In this document: positions 17,395 to 24,750 of the stretch, piece by piece
Layout of the letters: each line of letters opens with the position of its first letter
Position numbering within the stretch: the stretch's first letter is position 1
IMG/VR virus record: IMGVR_UViG_3300017778_000665
Coordinates: 1-26,462 of that record
Reading direction: 5' to 3' (one strand)
From: a virus
Lineage: Duplodnaviria; Caudoviricetes
DNA length: 26,462 nucleotides
The notes under the pieces: generated by a model
Databases searched by the model: none
What the model saw: the letters and a program-made list of their open reading frames with translations, nothing else
What the model was told of the DNA's origin: nothing
Program-made: the position numbers and the translations under genes

Positions 17395-19637
17395 CTTATA
17401 ATTTCACTATATCTTCCATTGTTATTATATTTCGCAAAGGTAATGCTTAATTTCGATTCTTTTTTTGCCGTAAGGTACACATTCTTTTGGTTAGCCATTA
17501 TAGCTAGTCCAGAGCTGATTGCAGCGTCAAACTTTGTCCTGTTGTTTATATCAAACTTGGCCCACTCCTCAATCGTTCTCGTGAAGTACATGTCGCCCAT
17601 CTCGTCAGAGTCCCTGTACGTGCCCTCCATGTCTAGTCCAACGTACTTCTCTATGTACGACTCAATTGCAGCCGCGTGAGACTGCTTAACGTCCTCTGAT
17701 GAGTTAGGTATACCACCAAGCTCCTTCTCTGTCTTAGAGAGGTTCGTTACGTGCTTATCTGGTCTGTTCATGGAGAACCCCCTGTAACCCCTGTTCTTTA
17801 GGTGGTACAGCAGCCTTGGCTTGTTATTCTCTACAAGTATAGGCATCCCGTAGAACACACACGCCATAAGAACCTCCTCAAAGAATATCTCTGCTGTCTG
17901 TGGCCTCGCTATGTACTCAAGGAAGAAGTGGTTGCTAGGTGCGTCGTCCATATTGAACTTGGTCAGACCGTGAAGTGATCCGTTGGATCCACCACCACCA
18001 ACTGTACCAGATATGTCGTACGGGTCACAACCAAACGCACCGATGTGGTCGTTGCCTGGGTGCCTCATCCCGTTCTTGTTTATGACGTTGTTCTGCATCT
18101 GGCTGCTAGGTATCCACGACACCAGGAACCTACCCCTGGAGTCTGGTGTCCACACAACCCTCGTGTCCTTCTCTCCGTTGAGCCAACTGAAAGATCCACG
18201 CGTGAGAACCCTATCCCTTATAAGTGAGTCGTTGTAGTCTATCTGCTGGTATATCTTTGTTAGGTTGAATATGGAAGACTTGCTCTCGTCCCTGAACGCG
18301 TGAGACTCCGTCCTTGAGAACTGCCTGTAGAACTCGTTGAGAGCGTCAGCGTCTCCCTTGAGTGACTCCACCTCGTTCTCCCAGTAGTCAACTGCCCCTG
18401 TCCTTATCATGGACCTGTCTATACTCTGTACTGGCTTTGCTGGCTCTCTGAACACTGGCATGCCGTAGATGTCTATGTAACCCTCAAAGTTCCACTCCAT
18501 CGGTATATACAGCGAGTACATACCAGACTTGGTCTGTCCGTTGTTGTTCCTTGTCTTTATGTTTGAGTCCTCGTACAGCCTCTTGAAGTTAGAACCTCCC
18601 TTTGCAAGAGCGTTAGGTGTTGACCCCATTAGGCACTTACCGATGATCCTGCTACCCAATCGTAGACAGGTCTTTGTAACCCTCCAGTTGTTCAAGATGT
18701 TATCTGGCGCGAGCCACTTACCGCTCTCGTCGTGTATCAGCAGCTGTAGCTTCTGACCATCGTACGAGTTGTCTCCTGTGTTCTTCCAGTCGATTGTGGT
18801 GTCAAGACCCTCAATCTCAACCTCACCATCCTCGTACATGTTCTTCTTGGTAATCTTTGATGCAGGAACCCTGAACGCCAGCTCTGTCTTTGGCTTGTCC
18901 ATACCGTCCTGTATAGGCTTGAAGAAGAATGGGTAGTTGTTCACTATGGGTACAACCTTGTCCGTAAACATTGTCTTGGCATCGTTACCAGTCTTTGACA
19001 GTATACCAAGTCTTGAGTCCTTTGCAAGTGTTCCTAGGTTAGCAAGCTCGCTTGATCCCATAAACGAGAATCCAGAACGTCTGATCTTAAGGTAGGTCAT
19101 ACCGAAGCACCTGTCGTCAGCCTTGCATGCCTCCCAGAATATAAAGAATATCCTGTTTGCCTCCCTGAAGTCTGGAAGACCGACGTCAATCTTTGTCCAC
19201 TGTAGGTACATGTACTGAGACCCAGTTATGTACGTGTCGATGCCGTTGTTTTTGAAGAAGAACCCGTTCTCTCTACGGTCAAACTCACCCTCTATATAGT
19301 CAACCCACTTGGCCTTGAACTCCTTAGACATCGTGTGCCACTGGAATATAGACTTTATATTTGATAGCTCTCTTGGGTAGTCAGCTGGTTCCCAGTACTG
19401 GTTCTCCCTCTTCTCGTCCCTTTTATACACTTCTTTTGGGACGGATGGTAGTGCTATATTGAGACCATTTATCTCGTATATGTCACCTATAGTTCCGTCC
19501 TTAGATATTACCACAAGGTCGTGCTTCTCGTCATAACCATAGGCCCAAGACTTTGCCTTGTTCTTCATGTGTATGGTGTTAGCAGGAAGGAACTCGCTAA
19601 GCCTTGTGTATAGATTATTTTGATCTTTTTTCTGCAA
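17391..19637 (-). CDS. terL: Terminase large subunit
   Basis: 748 aa with Walker A-like LKIRRSGFS, Walker B LLIHDESGK, motif C GSTPN, and RNase H-like nuclease motifs FGCDPYD and FDAAISSG. Confidence 0.93.
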   Translation of the reverse strand: MQKKDQNNLYTRLSEFLPANTIHMKNKAKSWAYGYDEKHDLVVISKDGTIGDIYEINGLNIALPSVPKEVYKRDEKRENQYWEPADYPRELSNIKSIFQWHTMSKEFKAKWVDYIEGEFDRRENGFFFKNNGIDTYITGSQYMYLQWTKIDVGLPDFREANRIFFIFWEACKADDRCFGMTYLKIRRSGFSFMGSSELANLGTLAKDSRLGILSKTGNDAKTMFTDKVVPIVNNYPFFFKPIQDGMDKPKTELAFRVPASKITKKNMYEDGEVEIEGLDTTIDWKNTGDNSYDGQKLQLLIHDESGKWLAPDNILNNWRVTKTCLRLGSRIIGKCLMGSTPNALAKGGSNFKRLYEDSNIKTRNNNGQTKSGMYSLYIPMEWNFEGYIDIYGMPVFREPAKPVQSIDRSMIRTGAVDYWENEVESLKGDADALNEFYRQFSRTESHAFRDESKSSIFNLTKIYQQIDYNDSLIRDRVLTRGSFSWLNGEKDTRVVWTPDSRGRFLVSWIPSSQMQNNVINKNGMRHPGNDHIGAFGCDPYDISGTVGGGGSNGSLHGLTKFNMDDAPSNHFFLEYIARPQTAEIFFEEVLMACVFYGMPILVENNKPRLLYHLKNRGYRGFSMNRPDKHVTNLSKTEKELGGIPNSSEDVKQSHAAAIESYIEKYVGLDMEGTYRDSDEMGDMYFTRTIEEWAKFDINNRTKFDAAISSGLAIMANQKNVYLTAKKESKLSITFAKYNNNGRYSEIIR
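17435..17442 (-). promoter_or_regulatory. Possible -7 promoter box (TACCTTTG) for the portal gene, inside the terL 3' end
   Basis: TAnnTTTG 40 nt upstream of the portal ATG, in a locally AT-rich tail of terL. Confidence 0.5.
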
Positions 19638-19887
19638 ATCCCTGTATTTTAGGTTCCGATACCTTGACCTCCTCGGTCAGTTTGTCGTTCTCTTGCTCTA
19701 TTCTGTTAAGTATCTGGAAGGCATCCTCGATTGCCAAGCGTTTCGTAGCTGCCGCGTTCTTTAGTTTATCCGCAGAAAGGTCCGTATCCATACCAGTTAT
19801 AATCTCGTCCTCTGCAACCTTTATTAACTCATTAACTGCCTTGTATCCAGCTGCGATGATCTTCTGTTTTATTATGTTGTGATCCAT
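19615..19887 (-). CDS. Putative terminase small subunit
   Basis: 90 aa helical protein (AD.LKNAAATK.LAI.DAF.IL) that overlaps the terL start. Function is inferred from position. Confidence 0.45.
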   Translation of the reverse strand: MDHNIIKQKIIAAGYKAVNELIKVAEDEIITGMDTDLSADKLKNAAATKRLAIEDAFQILNRIEQENDKLTEEVKVSEPKIQGFAEKRSK

Positions 19888-20444
19888 CTGATTGTAATGT
19901 TTTTGGTGGTCATCCTGTACAGCTTCTCGTCGTTTATATAGAATGGGTACTCACTGTCTGGCTCAAACGAGATCTCATCTCCAATGCTCAGACCAAGGTC
20001 TAGCAACTCTTGATTTATATAGACAATGGTACCCATCAGTGGCTCCTCCTTGCTGTTCTTGTTTATGGTAGAATCCTTCTGTTTCATTGGCTTGATGAAG
20101 CAGTACCTGGAGTGCGTGTTCCACTCACCGTTATGGTTGTACATGAAGTACTGCTCGTCGTCTATAAAGAACAGGTCGTCCTTAAAGAAGCTGGCACCAC
20201 TCTTCTCCCGACCCTTCATGTCGTAGTATACCTTAAACACGTTATGGTGAACTAAAAGTATATCGCTAACTTTTACATTTCCGTCGTAAGTTATCGGTAT
20301 ACTTACAACTTCTGCGAGCCTATTGGACACCGTATGATCCTCCTTAGACACGCTAGTTATAAAGTCAACACCACTAATGTTTTTTATATTATCGTATCGC
20401 CTACCATCTAATGGTCGGACGACAAACATGTCTGGTGATCTCAT
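19872..20444 (-). CDS. GroES-like co-chaperonin, apparently with two tandem domains
   Basis: 190 aa. Each half shows the GroES pattern: FVVRP...AEVVSIP...VKVSDILLV and CFIKP...GTIVY...LSIGDEISF....EY....E.LYRM...I. Confidence 0.6.
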   Translation of the reverse strand: MRSPDMFVVRPLDGRRYDNIKNISGVDFITSVSKEDHTVSNRLAEVVSIPITYDGNVKVSDILLVHHNVFKVYYDMKGREKSGASFFKDDLFFIDDEQYFMYNHNGEWNTHSRYCFIKPMKQKDSTINKNSKEEPLMGTIVYINQELLDLGLSIGDEISFEPDSEYPFYINDEKLYRMTTKNITIRWITT

Positions 20445-20671
20445 CAGAAGTTTATGTTATACTCTAGAGAAATTGGCATATTAATGTTGAACTCCTTCCA
20501 GCAGAACACCTCAGCATTCTTCTCTATCCACACCTTTACACATCCAGTGTTGTTGTCTAGCAGTATAGAGTGTATAACATAAGTCTTATCGAGAACCTCC
20601 TGCCCAACCAGGTAATGCATTGCATCACTCTTGTAGTTGGGTCCTATTGAGATTTTTCTGATATCATTCAT
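20444..20671 (-). CDS. Hypothetical protein
   Basis: 75 aa beta-rich ORF, translationally coupled at both ends (TAATG and TGATG overlaps). Confidence 0.75.
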   Translation of the reverse strand: MNDIRKISIGPNYKSDAMHYLVGQEVLDKTYVIHSILLDNNTGCVKVWIEKNAEVFCWKEFNINMPISLEYNINF

Positions 20672-21696
20672 TATAATGTAATCTCTACATAGGTAACATA
20701 TACATCTAAATCTCCAGTACCTAAGGTTGGATCCCCTGTATTTGCTTTTAATTTATATAATACATTTTTGTATGCACCAGATCCAGAAAGGTTTTGAGAT
20801 AATGATATTGCAGACTGGAAATATCCTTCTGTATTCCCTAATGGATTTGGGTTTAAATTAGCGGACATTGTTGTTCCAAAATCATTAATTACAGAAAAAC
20901 TACTTGAAGCTAATGTATATGGATCTCCTATATTTCTTTTTACATAGACACTTATAGGATATGCAACTGTTAGAGGATTACTACTATTTAATATAGTAAC
21001 AGGCGTTGTAAATAACTGCAACACCTGAGCACTAGTTATAGTCGTCTTTAATACCTTAGTAATTTCACTACCTCCAACAGATACAGTCCCATCAGCCATT
21101 AAGTACTGAGTAGAAGTGCCACCTGTTTTAATAAATGATTTTGCTGTTGTATCTCCATCATTATCTACTTTAAATACATCTGAACGCACATCATTGATAT
21201 ATTTAGCTCCCGTATACAAATTACCAGTATGAGAGTCAAAACTCCTTATTTCACAACCAACAGAAGTAGATGCTCCCGTTCTTAAATCAGCCAAGAAACC
21301 ATAATTGTCAGCTCCAGTTGCATCAGCAAGAAACCCAACTGGAGAACCAGTTAAAGTCCCAGGATTTTGCCCGTTTAATATTGCCATAAAAGCATCTGGG
21401 GCTGGATTATAAGTTGGATAAACACCTGTTTGTTGAGGAACCGTAACAACCACTCCGTTTTGATATAGTGTTGAATTGTTTGCAAGAGTTATATTAATTG
21501 CTTTAGCAGTTCCAGAAGGTACTGTTATAGAATTATTGGCAGTTACAACTTGTTGTAATGTAGGAGTTGGTTTTAAATCAATAATACTCTGAACAGTAAA
21601 ATTCTTAGTGGCGTTACTGTTCTCAACATCCGTTCCTATTAATAAGTCGTCAACATCTGGTGCTGATATCTCTGGGTACTGGCTAATTTTTGTCAT
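20671..21696 (-). CDS. Putative virion fibre/spike protein
   Basis: 341 aa, Thr/Gly/Ser-rich, with N-terminal KISQYP....D.LIGTD...TKNFTV adaptor and the fibre motifs PTLQQV and SFIKTGGTSTQYLMADG. Confidence 0.6.
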   Translation of the reverse strand: MTKISQYPEISAPDVDDLLIGTDVENSNATKNFTVQSIIDLKPTPTLQQVVTANNSITVPSGTAKAINITLANNSTLYQNGVVVTVPQQTGVYPTYNPAPDAFMAILNGQNPGTLTGSPVGFLADATGADNYGFLADLRTGASTSVGCEIRSFDSHTGNLYTGAKYINDVRSDVFKVDNDGDTTAKSFIKTGGTSTQYLMADGTVSVGGSEITKVLKTTITSAQVLQLFTTPVTILNSSNPLTVAYPISVYVKRNIGDPYTLASSSFSVINDFGTTMSANLNPNPLGNTEGYFQSAISLSQNLSGSGAYKNVLYKLKANTGDPTLGTGDLDVYVTYVEITL

Positions 21697-21931
21697 CTGT
21701 GATCTCTCCTGTTTGTAGGTTTATGTTTACTTTTCCGTAAACGTCTAATAGTTTCTTTTCTTGCTCCTTGAAGTCAATTGACACCGTCTCTAGTTTAGAG
21801 AACACGTCCTCCTTGAATACGTTAAGTTTCTTGATTTCAATCTCTGCGTCTGCGATCTTTCCCTTAAGAGAGTTAAACTCTGAGTTTACTCTTCTTAATT
21901 CTTCTAATTCTTGTTCTGTAATTGTTTTCAT
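21683..21931 (-). CDS. Small coiled-coil hypothetical protein
   Basis: 82 aa heptad-rich helix ending in YG..NINLQTGEI, preceded by its own promoter box and an AAATCAAATG start context. Confidence 0.7.
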   Translation of the reverse strand: MKTITEQELEELRRVNSEFNSLKGKIADAEIEIKKLNVFKEDVFSKLETVSIDFKEQEKKLLDVYGKVNINLQTGEITDDKN

Positions 21932-21944
21932 TTGATTTTTTTTA

Positions 21945-21952
21945 CAAAGATA
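21945..21952 (-). promoter_or_regulatory. Bacteroidota-type -7 promoter box (TATCTTTG)
   Basis: Intergenic TAnnTTTG 13 nt upstream of the ATG at 21931. Confidence 0.7.
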
Positions 21953-21953
21953 G

Positions 21954-22265
21954 TTATTTATTTATTGATTTTAATGCGTGGTCTTTATCTATTTTATCCA
22001 GTATCCATACTAACATCTTACCACCCTTTGTGAGGGTGTTTGTTAACTGATTCTTTCCTAAAACGCTAGATATGGTCTCGTTTATATCTCCAAACCTATG
22101 TCCAGTTGCAAGTGTCTTGTTAAACAGTGTCCTGAACTCTCTATTACCAAACTTGTCTAAGTTGATAGCAGAACTCTTGAAGTATCCAGACTTGTTCTTG
22201 ACAAATAACCAGTTGACTATACTTAGTGGCAAGTAGAGTACATACGCTAGTATAAACAGTATCAT
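21954..22265 (-). CDS. Small membrane-anchored phage protein (ETISS-motif type)
   Basis: 103 aa with an N-terminal hydrophobic helix (ILFILAYVLYLPLSIVNWLFV) and D.FGN...FGD.NETISSVLG...DH motif. Function unknown. Confidence 0.65.
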   Translation of the reverse strand: MILFILAYVLYLPLSIVNWLFVKNKSGYFKSSAINLDKFGNREFRTLFNKTLATGHRFGDINETISSVLGKNQLTNTLTKGGKMLVWILDKIDKDHALKSINK

Positions 22266-22621
22266 TATATATCCCAGTCTTCGATGTTAATACCAAAGTT
22301 TTGACCAGACTCCTGAGTCAACCTAAGTATTGTAAATGTCATCAACCTCTCGAAGTTTGCCTCCTTGTAGTTAACGTCAGTCATCGGCTGTAGAACATTA
22401 AACTCTACCTCAGCTATCTCATCCCAAGACATATATGTCCTGTTATCCTTTAGCTTTACCAACATACCATCATCATCTGTATAATAGTAGAACCCAGTAG
22501 CTGTTACACCATTAATGTCCTGTTCAATCTTTTGAATTGATAGACTAATTATTTTACTATCTATTACTTCGTAGGTAGTATTCCGAATGTCAATCTCCTT
22601 GTTTGTGCTAATTGTTACCAT
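22265..22621 (-). CDS. Hypothetical protein, possible fibre chaperone
   Basis: 118 aa acidic ORF overlapping the stop of the upstream fibre gene. The chaperone role is positional inference. Confidence 0.6.
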   Translation of the reverse strand: MVTISTNKEIDIRNTTYEVIDSKIISLSIQKIEQDINGVTATGFYYYTDDDGMLVKLKDNRTYMSWDEIAEVEFNVLQPMTDVNYKEANFERLMTFTILRLTQESGQNFGINIEDWDI

Positions 22622-24750
22622 ATTGAGTAGTATGTGTTAATGTTTGTTTCTATATCTGTTCTAGTTGTGCCAGAATCTCCTATTATTGCTATTGCCTCTT
22701 TTATATATCCGTTTAGATATACTACACTACCATTACTACCAAGTCTAATTTGACTACTAGTACCACTCATAGAAGTAACTGTTGCAGGGCTTAATTGTGT
22801 TCCATTTGAATAACCGCTTGTAGTAGATACACCACACGTTAATTCATATAATCTATCTACATTTGCTGTCATTCCAGTAATAGGAAAAGTGTTTAAAGTA
22901 TTATAACCTATTGCTGTATCTCTTGGTATTAATAATCTATTAGTTCCACTAGTAATTCCTAACCCGTATGCAGCTGAATTTGCAGTAGTTAACGTGAAAT
23001 TACTAACCACATAGCAAGACAAGTTATTCAAAGGTATACTAGAGTCGGTTAAATTAAGTGATTGCCCTCCAGCATATCTAGCAGCAACATTACCTTCTTT
23101 TATTTCCAAATTTCCATTAGTTACAATCCATGGAGAACCAGTAAAAACAGTCTGTACCAAGTCTTTATTATTTCCGCTTTGATCATACCAGGTACTTATT
23201 ACAATATTTTGATTATTGGCTATACCATCAGGATTTGGATATCCTGTCTTTGCTGCAAACTGTCCTAAAGTAGTTGCTGAAGTTCCAGATACTGGAACAA
23301 CTACACTGTCCATGCTGATGGTACTATTTAGTGAAGTTCCATTAAATCTTAAGTCAGCAAAAGCATTTGCGCCAGAAATTTGTCTTTTAACCCTAACACA
23401 AAAACCTGTGTAACCTTGCCCTACTAATCTCAAGGAGTATGCATGGTAAGCAGCGTATACCCCAAATATTGGCTTGGAATTAGCCGAAGGTAATGTTGTA
23501 AACGGGGCTAAAGCATTGCCATAGAAGGTTCCAGCAGCATTAGTACAATAAGATCTAACATAATAAGTGGTTGCTATTAATAATCCAGTAATAGAACTTA
23601 CAAAAGTACCGCCACCTATGCCTTGAGTTGTTTTAGAGTTGGCAATTGTAGGTAGACCCGTTGTATTCCAACAAACACCTTTTTCTGTTGTTTGATATGA
23701 TGCATTGTCTGTTATCGTTCCTCCGCTAGTTGCTGTTGTAGATCCAACATTGCTTACTGCAGTTGTGGATATAGATACTGGCGCTCCAGACAATGTTGTA
23801 AATGGCACTATATTAGTTGAGTATCTAATATCTGTAGCATCTAATTTTATATAAGCTCTAACATAATATACAGTACTCGCAAGTAACGGTGATGCTGTTA
23901 AACTATAGGTAGTTTTATTAATATTGTCAGCAGTTACAAAAGAATCCACAAATCTATTAGGGACGCTTGATGTTGACCAGCATATCCCTTTCTCTATAAA
24001 GCCTGGCGTATTTGGTACATCCCCAAATGTTCCAGTACCTGTAGTAGATAGTGCATTCAAATCACTTATAGATACAGTAAATCCTTGTACAGTTACATCT
24101 TCTTTAATTAGTCTGACAGAGTAACCTCTATTAGCGTCTCCTTGCAATGAAGTAAGATTCAATGCAGCCGAATTGTAAAGCATGAGGGCTTGCCTATCAG
24201 CAGTAGCCCCAATTGGCCACCAGTACCCAGCCACCTTTATATTATCAAAAGCGCTACTACTCCCATAAGCAAGTCCTCCCCCTCTAGCTCTAAATGCATT
24301 AGGAGAAGGAACTTGACCTGTATTAGGGCTTAACCAATAATTAAAATTTGGAGAATCATACTCTTTTAGAGGCCCTCCAGACACTGTGTTACCTCCATAA
24401 AAAGTTGACAATGTTTGCCAGTCACCCAGTGTCGCAACTCTCCAACCCTCTGGGGCTATGTCTTTTGTTGTGCCACTACCATCTATTCCATTGACAGCAT
24501 ACCAGTTATATAGTCTACCATATAAATTAGCATTTCCAGAATCATTACTATAGAACCTATATCCACCTGTTGTTAAAGCTGCCCACGCTGCTCCACTTCC
24601 AGCTCCAAATCTTGGTATAGTCGTTCCATCTCTGTATACTGCTGTGTTTAGGTTTTTTTGATCCCATACCTGGCTCCCAATTTGAATAGGAGTTGGCACG
24701 TATGGAATAATAGTTTCTAAACTTGATAAATAATAAACCGCTGGATTCAT
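22615..24750 (-). CDS. Multidomain adhesin-like virion protein: FISUMP + 2x FN3-like + LamG/concanavalin-like C-terminal domain
   Basis: 711 aa. FISUMP (IGSQVW..NL, YGRLYNWYAV, APEGWRV, GYSVRLIKE), two EKG.CW...P....YYVR.Y modules, then AYSLR....YTG...RV.R...WYDQSGN...G.IKE.I. Confidence 0.75.
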   Translation of the reverse strand: MNPAVYYLSSLETIIPYVPTPIQIGSQVWDQKNLNTAVYRDGTTIPRFGAGSGAAWAALTTGGYRFYSNDSGNANLYGRLYNWYAVNGIDGSGTTKDIAPEGWRVATLGDWQTLSTFYGGNTVSGGPLKEYDSPNFNYWLSPNTGQVPSPNAFRARGGGLAYGSSSAFDNIKVAGYWWPIGATADRQALMLYNSAALNLTSLQGDANRGYSVRLIKEDVTVQGFTVSISDLNALSTTGTGTFGDVPNTPGFIEKGICWSTSSVPNRFVDSFVTADNINKTTYSLTASPLLASTVYYVRAYIKLDATDIRYSTNIVPFTTLSGAPVSISTTAVSNVGSTTATSGGTITDNASYQTTEKGVCWNTTGLPTIANSKTTQGIGGGTFVSSITGLLIATTYYVRSYCTNAAGTFYGNALAPFTTLPSANSKPIFGVYAAYHAYSLRLVGQGYTGFCVRVKRQISGANAFADLRFNGTSLNSTISMDSVVVPVSGTSATTLGQFAAKTGYPNPDGIANNQNIVISTWYDQSGNNKDLVQTVFTGSPWIVTNGNLEIKEGNVAARYAGGQSLNLTDSSIPLNNLSCYVVSNFTLTTANSAAYGLGITSGTNRLLIPRDTAIGYNTLNTFPITGMTANVDRLYELTCGVSTTSGYSNGTQLSPATVTSMSGTSSQIRLGSNGSVVYLNGYIKEAIAIIGDSGTTRTDIETNINTYYSIW

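Noticed and set aside
17391-19637. Intron or intein in terL, portal or MCP
   Set aside because: The ORFs are uninterrupted and of ordinary length, with no HINT or homing-endonuclease motifs.
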